Part shown: positions 36,281-46,169 of the stretch, piece by piece
Layout: each line of letters begins with the position of its first letter
Numbering within the stretch: position 1 is the first letter of the stretch
Assembly: GCA_045644145.1 (NCBI GenBank)
Contig: JAZRGK010000005.1
Coordinates: 20,451-84,450 of the forward strand
From: Candidatus Flemingiibacterium sp.
Lineage (GTDB): Bacteria; Bacillota; Clostridia; Oscillospirales; CAG-272
Length of the DNA stretch: 64,000 nt
Direction: 5' to 3'
Notes under the pieces: model-generated
What the model was told of the DNA's origin: nothing
Databases searched by the model: none
What the model saw: only the letters and a program-made list of their open reading frames with translations
Position numbers and translations under genes: made by a program

Positions 36281-37702
36281 TTATTTGGACTGCAATTTCT
36301 CCGAAGCGGAACTGATATACTCGCCCCCAACGCGCTTTATTACCTTGTTGTAGATACGAACAAGATAAAATGTTGAGAGAGCAACGGAAGCAATCTCGGC
36401 AATTGGGAAAGAAAGCCATACGAGATTGATATTTCCCGTAAGCGAAAAAAGAAAAGCTACAGGAAGAAGAACGCCAAGTTGACGTGTAGCTGAGGTGATC
36501 AAACTGTATACCCCGTTACCAAGCGCCTGGAATACCGAGCCTACAGTAATACAAAAGCCTGCAAATGCAAATGAAAGAGAAATAAACCGAAGCGCTGTGG
36601 TACCTATTTCAATCATAAGCGGTGAAGCCTCAAAAAGCATAAGAAGCTTGTCGGGAACAAGCCACATAAGCGCGATTCCCATAAGCATTATGGTCACGGC
36701 ATACACACACGATACCTTAATGGTTTTTATCATGCGATCACGTCTGCCGGCGCCGTAATTGTAGCTGACTATGGGTACAACGCCGTTGTTAAGACCGAAC
36801 ACGGGCATAAATATGAAGCTCTGAAGCTTGAAATATGCACCGAATACAGTAACCGCCGTTTCCCCGATTTCTTCAAATCCGAGCAAGATATTGTTCATTC
36901 CCACAGTCATCACTGAGCCGATGGACTGCATGATTATTGACGGAACACCGATTTTGTATATAGCGCCGATACTCTGCGTATCCGGGCGATATTTTCTAAG
37001 AGATATCTTTATTTCGCCGTTGAGTTTAAGATTAAGAATAAGCCCCAGCACTGCCGCAAGTATCTGTCCTACAACAGTTGCAATAGCCGCACCGGCGATT
37101 CCCATTGCCGGGATCCCAAGAGGCTCTACGCCGAAAATGAATATCGGGTCTAAAATGATATTGGTAATCGCGCCAACGCCCTGGATAACCATAGACATCA
37201 CGGTTTTTCCCGTTGACTGCATGAGTCGCTCAAATATAAACTGTCCGAAAAGTCCGATGGAAGCGCAAAGAACAATGCGAAGATAGGATATTGCTCCGTT
37301 AGCAATGACCGCGTTGTCGGTCTGCATGTTTATAAACGCCGGAGCGAAGAACATTCCGAGCAGCAAAAAAAATATGTAACTGCAAAATGCAAGAAAAATT
37401 CCGTTGTTGGCTATACGGTTTGCACTGTCGGAATTTTTCTCTCCAAGACGTTTGGAAAGCAGAGCATTCACGCCCACCATTGTACCTGCGCCCACGGCTA
37501 TCATCAGTGTCTGCAGTGGGAACGCCAATGACACAGCACCCAGCATTTGCTCTCCGATTTCCGGTATGCGAGATACAAAAATACTGTCAACGATGTTATA
37601 AAGTGCCTGCACCAGCATGGATACCATCATGGGAAGGCTCATGGTAAGTACAAGCTTATTTATGGGCATCGTACCCATTTTGTTTTCTTTTATTTTTTCC
37701 AT
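36281..37702 (-). CDS. MATE-family efflux transporter
   Basis: 473 aa with 12 predicted helices. The N-terminus PINKLVLTMSLPMMVSMLVQALYNIVDSIFV is typical of the family. Confidence 0.88.
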   Translation of the reverse strand: MEKIKENKMGTMPINKLVLTMSLPMMVSMLVQALYNIVDSIFVSRIPEIGEQMLGAVSLAFPLQTLMIAVGAGTMVGVNALLSKRLGEKNSDSANRIANNGIFLAFCSYIFFLLLGMFFAPAFINMQTDNAVIANGAISYLRIVLCASIGLFGQFIFERLMQSTGKTVMSMVIQGVGAITNIILDPIFIFGVEPLGIPAMGIAGAAIATVVGQILAAVLGLILNLKLNGEIKISLRKYRPDTQSIGAIYKIGVPSIIMQSIGSVMTVGMNNILLGFEEIGETAVTVFGAYFKLQSFIFMPVFGLNNGVVPIVSYNYGAGRRDRMIKTIKVSCVYAVTIMLMGIALMWLVPDKLLMLFEASPLMIEIGTTALRFISLSFAFAGFCITVGSVFQALGNGVYSLITSATRQLGVLLPVAFLFSLTGNINLVWLSFPIAEIASVALSTFYLVRIYNKVIKRVGGEYISSASEKLQSK

Positions 37703-37795
37703 ATACCCTTGTTTTTTCGTAAAATTTCAGATTTTCGGCAATCTACTGCCGTTATGTGTTAAGCGGGGGCTGTTTTTACAGCCCCCTGCCTTATT

Positions 37796-39193
37796 TTATA
37801 CGGTGTGGATCTTATTGTCAGCATCGGCATGATCTGCATCTATGCCGTACATCTGATTCTTTCTCCACTCAAAGAATTTTGTGGCTACCTGTTCAAAGAG
37901 CGCATAGGAGAGAACGTCCTCATCCTGAACAGCCCACGGCTTCACCTTTTCGCGAAGCTCCTCAAGCTCCGGCGCAAGATCATCTGCCGGACGGTAAGTG
38001 ATAGGCTTTGCGTCACCGATTATCTGCTTCTGGAAATCGGGCTTGATGGGCATAGGAGATTTGCCGTACTCACCGCGCACAAGTCCTTTAAACTCTTTCG
38101 TAACATTCTTGTAACGCTCGCCCATGATTACATTGAACACAGCCTGCGTGCCCACAATCTGGCTGGAGGGAGTTACGAGAGGGGGATATCCTGCATCAGC
38201 GCGCACACGAGGTACTTCCTCAAGCACCTCAATGAACTTGTCGGACTTGCCCGCCTGCTTAAGCTGGGAAACAAGATTGGATAGCATGCCGCCGGGAACC
38301 TGGTAGAGAAGTGCGTTTACGTCAACCTTAAGCACCTTGGGGTCAAGAAGACCGCTTTCCATATATTTTTCACGGAGCGGCATAAAGTGCTTAGAAATCT
38401 CATCAAGTTTCGCAAGATCAAGACCGGTATCGTACTCAGTGCCTGCAAGAGAAGCTACAAGCGGCTCCGTAGGCGGCTGAGATGTGCCCATGGACATAGG
38501 CGAAATAGCTGTATCCACAACATCAACGCCTGCTTCTATAGCCTTAATAAGGGTCATAGATGCAACGCCTGCCGTATAGTGGGTATGGAGCTGTATCGGA
38601 ACTTTAACAGTTTCCTTGATTGCCTTTACGAGATCGTAAGCATCAAAGGGCTTAAGAAGTCCTGCCATATCCTTAATACAGATAGAATCTGCGCCCATTT
38701 CCTCAAGCTGACGGGCATATCTTGTGTAGTATTCGGTATCATAAACCGGACCCGTGGTGTAGGAGATCGCCGCCTGAACGTGACCGCCCTCTTTCTTTGT
38801 TGCGTTTATAGCAGTCTTAAGGTTTCTCGGGTCATTTAACGCATCGAAAATGCGCAGAATATCAATGCCGTTTGCGATAGACCTCTGCACGAAGTATTCA
38901 ACTACATCGTCCGCATAGTGACGGTAACCGAGGATGTTCTGACCGCGAAAAAGCATTTGGAGCTTGGTGTTCTTTACCTTATCGCGAATCTTTCTGAGCC
39001 TTTCCCATGGGTCTTCGTTTAAAAATCTCATGCAGGAATCAAAGGTAGCGCCGCCCCACGCCTCGAGAGAATGGTAGCCAACAGCATCCATTTTTTCAAG
39101 AATGGGGAGCATTTCATCCGTAGTCATGCGCGTTGCAACAAGCGACTGATGGGAGTCACGCAGGACTGTTTCGGTAATTCTTACTTTAGCCAT
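37796..39193 (-). CDS. Oxaloacetate decarboxylase alpha / transcarboxylase 5S-type carboxyltransferase subunit (no biotinyl domain)
   Basis: MAKVRITETVLRDSHQSLVATRMTTDEM...LEAWGGATFD. At 465 aa it ends before any lipoyl/biotinyl domain. Confidence 0.85.
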   Translation of the reverse strand: MAKVRITETVLRDSHQSLVATRMTTDEMLPILEKMDAVGYHSLEAWGGATFDSCMRFLNEDPWERLRKIRDKVKNTKLQMLFRGQNILGYRHYADDVVEYFVQRSIANGIDILRIFDALNDPRNLKTAINATKKEGGHVQAAISYTTGPVYDTEYYTRYARQLEEMGADSICIKDMAGLLKPFDAYDLVKAIKETVKVPIQLHTHYTAGVASMTLIKAIEAGVDVVDTAISPMSMGTSQPPTEPLVASLAGTEYDTGLDLAKLDEISKHFMPLREKYMESGLLDPKVLKVDVNALLYQVPGGMLSNLVSQLKQAGKSDKFIEVLEEVPRVRADAGYPPLVTPSSQIVGTQAVFNVIMGERYKNVTKEFKGLVRGEYGKSPMPIKPDFQKQIIGDAKPITYRPADDLAPELEELREKVKPWAVQDEDVLSYALFEQVATKFFEWRKNQMYGIDADHADADNKIHTV

Positions 39194-39241
39194 TTATGTG
39201 TTTCCTCCATTATATAGGATTTATGTAGAATATGCAAATGA

Positions 39242-40465
39242 TTATTTGAACATTGAAAGGAATACGCCTGCCGCAACAGCCGAACCGATAACGCCTGCTA
39301 CGTTGGGGCCCATTGCGTGCATGAGAAGGAAGTTTGCGGGATTTGCCTTCTGTCCCTCTGTCTGTGCAACGCGCGCCGCCATAGGTACGGCGGAAACGCC
39401 TGCAGAACCGATAAGGGGATTTATCTTGCCCTTTGTTACAGCGCACATGATCTTACCGGTAATAAGACCACCGCAGGTGGAGATGCAGAATGCAGTCAGA
39501 CCCAAAGCTATGATCTTGAGAGTGTCGATTGCAAGGAAATTCTCTGCATTGGCAGTCGCACCGACGGAAACGCCGAGAAAAATAGTAACAATGTTCATAA
39601 GCTCATTTTGCGCGGTCTTGGAAAGTCTGTCGGTAACACCGCACACGTTAAGAAGGTTGCCCAGCATCAGGAAGCCAACAAGCGGCGCCGCATCAGGCAC
39701 GATGATGGCAACAACTACGGCAACAACGATGGGGAAAATAAGCAGCTCGATTCGTGATACAGGGCGTAGCGCGGTCATAACGATCTCGCGTTCCTTTTTA
39801 GTGGTCAGCAGTCGCATAAATGGCGGCTGAATGATCGGAATAAGTGCCATGTAGGAATATGCGGCGATAGCGATAGCTCCGAGAAGGTGGGGGGCGAGAG
39901 TCTTGGTGACAAGAATTGCCGTAGGTCCGTCCGCACCACCGATAATACCGATAGAGCCTGCTTCAAGAGGTGTGAATCCCAGAAGCAGTGCGCCGAAGAA
40001 TGCCACAAATACGCCAAGCTGTGCGCCTGCGCCCATGAGAAGGCTCTTGGGGTTTGCGATAAGGGCAGTAAAGTCGGTCATAGCACCGACGCCCATAAAT
40101 ATGAGCGAGGGATAAACACCAAGCTTTACGCCGAGATAGAGGATGTCCACAAGTCCGCCATTATTAAAAACTTCCTTCAGCATCATGGACATTGTAGCAT
40201 GCTCGCCCTGGGCGATAGCGCCCATATTAAGATAATATTCATCGAAGAAAAATTCCGTATGAATAAGATTCGCTCCGGGAAGATTGGCAAGAAGCATACC
40301 GAATGCTATGGGTAAAAGGAGCAGTGGCTCAAACTTCTTTGCAATGGCAAGATATATGAGCACAAATGCAATTCCCCACATAACCACGGTTTTCCACCAA
40401 TCGGCTTCGCCCATAAGGCGCATTATGCCCGTGGTATTTATAAAATTATTTATAGTATCTAACAT
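39242..40465 (-). CDS. Na+-translocating decarboxylase beta subunit (OadB/MmdB/GcdB family)
   Basis: 407-aa polytopic protein with IIGGADGPT and MGPNVAGVIGSAVAAG segments typical of the family. Confidence 0.88.
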   Translation of the reverse strand: MLDTINNFINTTGIMRLMGEADWWKTVVMWGIAFVLIYLAIAKKFEPLLLLPIAFGMLLANLPGANLIHTEFFFDEYYLNMGAIAQGEHATMSMMLKEVFNNGGLVDILYLGVKLGVYPSLIFMGVGAMTDFTALIANPKSLLMGAGAQLGVFVAFFGALLLGFTPLEAGSIGIIGGADGPTAILVTKTLAPHLLGAIAIAAYSYMALIPIIQPPFMRLLTTKKEREIVMTALRPVSRIELLIFPIVVAVVVAIIVPDAAPLVGFLMLGNLLNVCGVTDRLSKTAQNELMNIVTIFLGVSVGATANAENFLAIDTLKIIALGLTAFCISTCGGLITGKIMCAVTKGKINPLIGSAGVSAVPMAARVAQTEGQKANPANFLLMHAMGPNVAGVIGSAVAAGVFLSMFK

Positions 40466-40494
40466 AGCAGTACCTCTTTAAGTCGGATGAGGTA

Positions 40495-40899
40495 TTAGTT
40501 CATGGTAACGAGAACATCGCCGGAGTTTACGGATGCGCCATTCTGTACGTTTACGGATGCAACTGTACCGTCAGCCGGTGCAGGTATATCATTCTCCATT
40601 TTCATTGCTTCAAGCACGCAAATAACATCTCCCTTCTTAACTGCCTGACCTACAATTACATTAACCTTAAGAATGTTGCCGGGCATGGGGGCTGTAACGC
40701 TTACTGCGCCTGCAGATCCGGCGGAAGCCGCCGCTTTAGGAGCAACAGGAGCCGCTGTGGGAACTGCTTTGGGAGCCGCAGGAGCTGTAGCGGGTGCGGC
40801 TGCTGGAGCTGACACGGGCGCCACAGATACGCCTGCGCCAAGTTCTTCTACTTCTACTTCGTATACATTACCGTTAACGGTTACACTGAATCTTCTCAT
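40495..40899 (-). CDS. Biotin carboxyl carrier protein of the decarboxylase
   Basis: An A/P-rich linker is followed by VLEAMKMEN, the biotinyl-lysine motif. Confidence 0.88.
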   Translation of the reverse strand: MRRFSVTVNGNVYEVEVEELGAGVSVAPVSAPAAAPATAPAAPKAVPTAAPVAPKAAASAGSAGAVSVTAPMPGNILKVNVIVGQAVKKGDVICVLEAMKMENDIPAPADGTVASVNVQNGASVNSGDVLVTMN

Positions 40900-40920
40900 T
40901 ATATTATCTCCTTTATAATT

Positions 40921-41277
40921 TTACTTTTTTGCCGTACGTCTGAAGGATACCACACGGAAAGAGGTTTGGGGTGCATCAAGCATGGAAGCTATAGCTGCTG
41001 TTATTACCGCAACAAGCTCACTGTCGTCCGCCTGAACGCAAATTGGAGCACTCACAGGCACTTCGGTTACAGCAGGAGCAGGCGCTTCCACTTTTTCCTC
41101 TTTTCGCGCAGGCTTTGCAAATACCAGTTTAAATACGCCAAGCACCGCCCAAAGGATAATAAGCACCGCAAACACTACTCCCATACCGAGAAGTGTGGTT
41201 TGAAGTCCGTACGATATCTTGTCTGCCATTGTTTCAAGAACAATCGCATCAGAAAGAAACACAGGATTTATACTCAT
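40921..41277 (-). CDS. OadG-like small membrane subunit
   Basis: 118 aa with one TM helix (LLGMGVVFAVLIILWAVLGVF), positioned inside the decarboxylase operon. Confidence 0.65.
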   Translation of the reverse strand: MSINPVFLSDAIVLETMADKISYGLQTTLLGMGVVFAVLIILWAVLGVFKLVFAKPARKEEKVEAPAPAVTEVPVSAPICVQADDSELVAVITAAIASMLDAPQTSFRVVSFRRTAKK

Positions 41278-41292
41278 ATTGATTCCTCCCCA

Positions 41293-42777
41293 TTATAAAG
41301 GAAGATTGTTGTGAAGCTTCTTCGCGCAAAGCGTATTTTTCGCACCAAGCATCTCAAAAGCAGATGCCGCACGCTGACGAAGCTCGTCAAGCCTTATTAT
41401 ATCATCAATCTCGCCTGCCTTAGCCGCCGCAACGGGAGAAGCCATTACCTTATCCCATTCGGCTTCGATCTCGCCGCGCTTTGCATTGTCGGTAACCTTT
41501 TCGTTCCATGCGAAAGCCACTGCGCTCTTTGTTGGCATTGCGCTTATCTTCGCGTTTTCGGAAGCGAAGGCAATATCCGCGCCTATGGACTTTGACCCCA
41601 TGATAGCATAAGCCGCACCGTATGCATTGCCAAGCACTACGGTAACCTTTGCCATTTCGCTTGATGCATAAGCAGAAGCCAGCTTTGCAAGCGCCGCACC
41701 GTATCCCGCCTTTTCAGCTTCGGGGGACACCTCATAGCCTTCTGTATCAACAAGTGTAAGAAGCGGAATCTTGAAGCAGTCGCAGAAGGAGATAAATCTT
41801 GCCGCCTTCTTTGCCGCACCGCCGCAGATCTTTCCGCCGATATGGGCAGGATTGTTACCCGCAACACCAACTACAATGCCGTTAAGCGAAATAAATCCGG
41901 TGAACATGGACTTTGCATATTCTGCGCCAAGTTCGAGGACTTCGCCATCATCGGAGATAGAAGCAACGACATCTGCCATCTTATAATTTTCGGAAGCGAT
42001 AATAGAAGATACATCGGGAGTAAGGCGGTTGGCTTCGTCCACAGTTATCGTATATGCGGTGCCGTCAGTATTATTCTGAGGGATGTAGGAAAGAAGCTTT
42101 CTTGTGTATTCAAGAGCCGCAGTATCACTGTCGCATATCACGCTTATCTGACCGTGCTTTGCCGCTGTTTCAATCTTACCAAGCTTTGCCTCTTTGTCCA
42201 TTTCTGCGGTGATGAAGGGCGGATTCACATAGAAAGAGCCATCCTTCGCACCAACCGCAATGTCAAACATGGAAGCAACGGTAGCCATAGCGCCGCCGCA
42301 GTTTCCGGCAATAACGGCAATCTGAGGAATCACACCGGATGCATCGGAAACCTTCTTCATTATCTTGCCATATCCTGCGAGGGCCTCAACTCCCTCCATT
42401 ATATAAGCACCTGCGCTGTCAAAAATTCCTATAACGGGTGCTCCGTTCTTTATGGCAAGCTCATAAAGATCGCAGATCTTCTTCGCGTGCATAGCACCTA
42501 CTGCGCCCTTCATTCTGGAAAAATCCTGAGCGAAAGCGAAAACTAATCTTCCGTCAATAGCACCGTATCCGGTAACCACGCCCTCAAGCTCACACTTTGC
42601 TTCTGCACCGAATTCCGGAGCAAGCTTGCGCGCGAACTTGCCGATTTCGGCAAATGTCCCCGCATCAAAAAGCACGGCAATGCGGCTTTTCGCGATGGAA
42701 GCTTTATTTCCGGCAATTTCACACAGCTCTGCGGCCGAAATCATGTCAGATATGCCGTTTTGCGTTTTGTTCTCCAT
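41293..42777 (-). CDS. Acyl-CoA carboxyltransferase subunit (MmdA/GcdA/12S-like, PF01039)
   Basis: GVVTGYGAIDGRLVFAFAQDFSRMKGAVGAMHAKKI...PVIGIFDSAGAYIMEG...PQIAVIAGNCGGAMA. Confidence 0.82.
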   Translation of the reverse strand: MENKTQNGISDMISAAELCEIAGNKASIAKSRIAVLFDAGTFAEIGKFARKLAPEFGAEAKCELEGVVTGYGAIDGRLVFAFAQDFSRMKGAVGAMHAKKICDLYELAIKNGAPVIGIFDSAGAYIMEGVEALAGYGKIMKKVSDASGVIPQIAVIAGNCGGAMATVASMFDIAVGAKDGSFYVNPPFITAEMDKEAKLGKIETAAKHGQISVICDSDTAALEYTRKLLSYIPQNNTDGTAYTITVDEANRLTPDVSSIIASENYKMADVVASISDDGEVLELGAEYAKSMFTGFISLNGIVVGVAGNNPAHIGGKICGGAAKKAARFISFCDCFKIPLLTLVDTEGYEVSPEAEKAGYGAALAKLASAYASSEMAKVTVVLGNAYGAAYAIMGSKSIGADIAFASENAKISAMPTKSAVAFAWNEKVTDNAKRGEIEAEWDKVMASPVAAAKAGEIDDIIRLDELRQRAASAFEMLGAKNTLCAKKLHNNLPL

Positions 42778-43063
42778 TTATTTACCTCCAAAGTTATTGT
42801 ATTTTTGTTTTTATGATAGGTGAATAGTGTTAGAGTGTAAAAGATGTCACATTTTAGCACATAAGTACTACTCTACCCCATTATAATACTATTATAAACC
42901 AAAATTCTGAAATTTGCAATATGCTTTTATCTTTTTTTACACAAAAATTTCATATATGCCTTGTTTATTCGCACTGTACATATTGTTTACAATAATGCTG
43001 TTTATTCTATCAAAAAAACGTGGTAAAATAATGGTAAATTAAAACTGACGAGGCAATACACAT

Positions 43064-43867
43064 ATGATAATAGATTTTCATACCCATGCTTTTCCCGACA
43101 GTGTCGCAGAAAAAGCTATCCCCAAGCTGTCTGCTATCGGCGAAATCAAGCCTTTTGGCAACGGCACTGTATCAAGCCTTATTTCGCATATGGACGAGTG
43201 GAAAATAGACCGAGCCGTTATACTCAACATCGCCACCAATCCGAAACAGCAGACCAATGTCAACAACTTTGCTATAGAAGTAAATTCAGCCACGGACAGA
43301 CTTTATGCTCTCGGCTCTCTTAACCCCTACAGCGACAATATCGCCGGAGAGGCATGCAGACTCGCAGATGCCGGTATTCGCGGAATAAAGATACATCCCG
43401 ACTATATGGGCGTCATGGTAAACGACGAACTGTTTGATCCAATATACGAAGCATGTATTGACAACGGGCTTTTTCTCGTATCCCATTGTGGGTGGGATTT
43501 TATCTCTCCCAATCTGATACACTGTCCGCCGGATGGCGTACTAAAGGTGCTCGATAAATACCCAGAGCTTAAATTTGTGGCGGCGCATATGGGTGCCTGC
43601 AAGCAATGGGATGAAGCAGCACGATTGCTTATAGGGAAAAATCTGTGGATAGAAACTTCCCTCGCGGCACTTTGCGGACTTGACAAAGCAAAATGCTGCC
43701 ATATGCTTAACAATCATGACCCAGATAAAATACTTTTCGGAAGTGATTTCCCATGGTACAGCATGAAGCTTGAATATGAGTATGTTGAAGAACTTGGGCT
43801 TTCGGATGAACTAAGGCGCAAGCTTTACAGCGAAAATGCCCTAAAACTGCTGGGAGATAAAAAATGA
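43064..43867 (+). CDS. Amidohydrolase-family (PF04909-like) metal-dependent hydrolase
   Basis: MIIDFHTHAFP...IKIHPDY...VSHCG...GSDFPW. Confidence 0.75.
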   Translation: MIIDFHTHAFPDSVAEKAIPKLSAIGEIKPFGNGTVSSLISHMDEWKIDRAVILNIATNPKQQTNVNNFAIEVNSATDRLYALGSLNPYSDNIAGEACRLADAGIRGIKIHPDYMGVMVNDELFDPIYEACIDNGLFLVSHCGWDFISPNLIHCPPDGVLKVLDKYPELKFVAAHMGACKQWDEAARLLIGKNLWIETSLAALCGLDKAKCCHMLNNHDPDKILFGSDFPWYSMKLEYEYVEELGLSDELRRKLYSENALKLLGDKK

Positions 43868-44274
43868 AAAAGATAGTTGTAATCGACGGGCAAGGCGGTA
43901 AAATCGGTACTCAGCTCATAACCACACTGCGCGAGAGGAATGTGGAATCCGATATAATCGCTATAGGGACAAACAGTATTGCTACCGCAAATATGCTTAA
44001 ATCCGCGCCAGATGCTGCAGCTACCGGGGAAAATCCCGTAATCGTTGCATGCCGTGATGCCGATGTTATCGCAGGCCCTATAGGCATTGTGATAGCCGAC
44101 TCACTGTACGGTGAAGTAACCCCCGAAATGGCACGAGCCGTGGGTCAGAGTCCGGCTGTTCGCGTACTTATTCCGGTCAACAAATGCGACAGCACGGTGG
44201 TAGGCGTAGCAGACTTATCACTGTCTGAACTCATCTCTGCCGCTGTCAACAAAATATTATATTCCATATCTTGA
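43864..44274 (+). CDS. DUF3842-like protein
   Basis: MKKIVVIDGQGGKIGTQLI...AIGTNSIATANMLKSAPDAAATGENPV. ATGA overlap with the upstream gene. Confidence 0.6.
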   Translation: MKKIVVIDGQGGKIGTQLITTLRERNVESDIIAIGTNSIATANMLKSAPDAAATGENPVIVACRDADVIAGPIGIVIADSLYGEVTPEMARAVGQSPAVRVLIPVNKCDSTVVGVADLSLSELISAAVNKILYSIS

Positions 44275-44447
44275 CAAACATATTTAACTGTGTTACAATG
44301 GTAACGATAGATGCGGCATGAAGCCGCAGAGCCTTGCTCATCCCCGCCAAGCGGGATTATTATATATTATATTTGTTATACCATGAAGGTATCGGCGGCG
44401 ATGCATTGTATCACCGTCCGATGCCTCTTTTAATTAGGAGAAAATTC
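44271..44447 (+). promoter_or_regulatory. Promoter plus ~150-nt structured leader with a terminator-like hairpin (candidate attenuator or riboswitch, class unknown)
   Basis: The promoter is TTGACA (44271..44276), a 17-nt spacer, then TGtTACAAT (44291..44299). The leader has small hairpins gcggc-atgaa-gccgc and cccgc-caa-gcggg. A long hairpin at 44388..44425 is followed by TCTTTT, just before the AGGAG RBS. Confidence 0.5.
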
Positions 44448-44987
44448 ATGAAAAACCACTACACCATTGTCCACAACATCGTTTCCGCTGCAATGTGCCT
44501 GGCACTTGCACTTGTCCTTCCCTTTCTCACCGGTCAAATACCGGAGATAGGACAGGCACTGGCACCTATGCATCTTCCCGTACTGCTGTGCGGTTATATA
44601 TGCGGGTCTGTATGGGGCGCGGCTGTAGGATTCACCGCACCGCTTTTAAGAACCGCGCTTTTCGGAATGCCGCCATTTCCCACCGCTGCTGTACCTATGG
44701 CATTTGAGCTTGCTGTATATGGCCTTATGACCGGGCTTCTATTCAAACTGCTTCCCAAGCGCAATATTTACATATATGTTTCCCTTATAGGGGCAATGGT
44801 AAGCGGGCGTATCGTGTGGGGAATAGTTAAATTTATAATGACCGTGGTAAAATCCGGAATCTTCACCTTTGCCGCATTTATAGCCGGTACAGTTACCACA
44901 GCAATTCCGGGGATAATATGCCAAATCGTACTTGTACCGCTTATTGTTATCGCTTTGAAACGCGCAAAGGTTATATTGGAGGACTAA
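44448..44987 (+). CDS. ECF-transporter S component (ThiW-like fold; substrate unknown)
   Basis: The start is moved to MKNHYTIV. The segment PMHLPVLLCGYICGSVWGAAVGFTAPLLRTALFGMPPFPTAAVPMAFELAVYG resembles S components of the PF12822 type. Confidence 0.65.
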   Translation: MKNHYTIVHNIVSAAMCLALALVLPFLTGQIPEIGQALAPMHLPVLLCGYICGSVWGAAVGFTAPLLRTALFGMPPFPTAAVPMAFELAVYGLMTGLLFKLLPKRNIYIYVSLIGAMVSGRIVWGIVKFIMTVVKSGIFTFAAFIAGTVTTAIPGIICQIVLVPLIVIALKRAKVILED

Positions 44988-44995
44988 ATCACCTG

Positions 44996-46072
44996 ATGAT
45001 TGATTTTTATAAAATACTGCAGGCTCACAGCCAACGCTATCCCCTTATGAAGCCATGCGATGCGGTGAAACTAATATACCAGGCAAGTTTCGGTCCGGGG
45101 CACATGATTTCCGATGAAGATTCTGTCTATAAACGCATACTCACAGAATATGAACAGTGTCGGCATGATGGGATTCATATGTATACAGAAGCTCTCGGCG
45201 AAACTTCAAGACTATATTTGAACTGCCAATACACAGAAGATGAACTGCAAATAGTATCAAAGATGTTTTGCGCTTCAGCGGCATATTTTGATAAATGCTA
45301 TGAATCCGCAGATGAAACAAATAAAGCGGAATTTGAAGCGCATATTGAAATTTTAGAGAAAATGTGCTTAGGCGGTATGTTCCCTTTCACGCCTACAGAG
45401 CTTGACTCCTATCTTGAATTCTACCGTACGGCAGGATGCCCTGCCGTACGCCACAGCGACACTTACCGCGAGGCTTATTCGCCCTCATACCGTGTAATCG
45501 ACAGCCGCTATGTCAGGCTTATTCCCTGTATTCTGCGTATCTCCGCGGAGATTTCCACAGGGAAACGAGTTATCCTTGCCATTGACGGCAGATGTGCTTC
45601 CGGCAAAACCACAGCAGCTAAGCTCATATCGGACATCTTTGATGCCGAAACCGTGCATATGGACGACTTTTTCCTACCGCCTGAGCTTCGTTCAGAGAAG
45701 CGGCTTTCAGAAATCGGCGGCAACCTTCACCGCGAGCGATTCTCTTTAGAGGTTTTACCGCATTTGAGAAACGAGGATGGTTTTTCTTACAGAAAATTTG
45801 ACTGCTCGAACTTCAAATACAGCCAATCTTCCATAGAGATCAAACCGGCACAGATAATAATCTGCGAGGGCTCATATGCGCTTCATCCATCCTTCGGGAA
45901 ATACTACGATGTTTCCGTATTCTCCGATATACAACCGAAAAAACAGCTTCAACGAATCCGTGAGCGGAACGGAGAATATATGCTGTCACGCTTTGAGAGC
46001 GAATGGATACCCATGGAAGAAAGATATTTCGACTCCTTCCGCATAAAAGAAAAATGCGATCTCGTTATTTGA
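44996..46072 (+). CDS. Uridine-kinase-like P-loop kinase fused to an uncharacterised N-terminal domain
   Basis: The start is moved to MIDFYKIL, with GGAGG 13 nt upstream. The P-loop ILAIDGRCASGKTT lies in the C-terminal half, followed by HMDDFF. I do not recognise the N-terminal ~180 aa. Confidence 0.6.
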   Translation: MIDFYKILQAHSQRYPLMKPCDAVKLIYQASFGPGHMISDEDSVYKRILTEYEQCRHDGIHMYTEALGETSRLYLNCQYTEDELQIVSKMFCASAAYFDKCYESADETNKAEFEAHIEILEKMCLGGMFPFTPTELDSYLEFYRTAGCPAVRHSDTYREAYSPSYRVIDSRYVRLIPCILRISAEISTGKRVILAIDGRCASGKTTAAKLISDIFDAETVHMDDFFLPPELRSEKRLSEIGGNLHRERFSLEVLPHLRNEDGFSYRKFDCSNFKYSQSSIEIKPAQIIICEGSYALHPSFGKYYDVSVFSDIQPKKQLQRIRERNGEYMLSRFESEWIPMEERYFDSFRIKEKCDLVI

Positions 46073-46169
46073 GGTCGCATTTTCAGTGTATGGCAATCTT
46101 GTGGTGTATTTCCACGGTCTTTGTTCTATGTAAGGTAGTTTTCATTATGCCCAAAGCACCGTCTGACAA

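Noticed and set aside
41842-42546. 234-aa + strand ORF inside the carboxyltransferase gene
   Set aside because: It is antisense to a well-supported PF01039-type CDS and has no independent signals.
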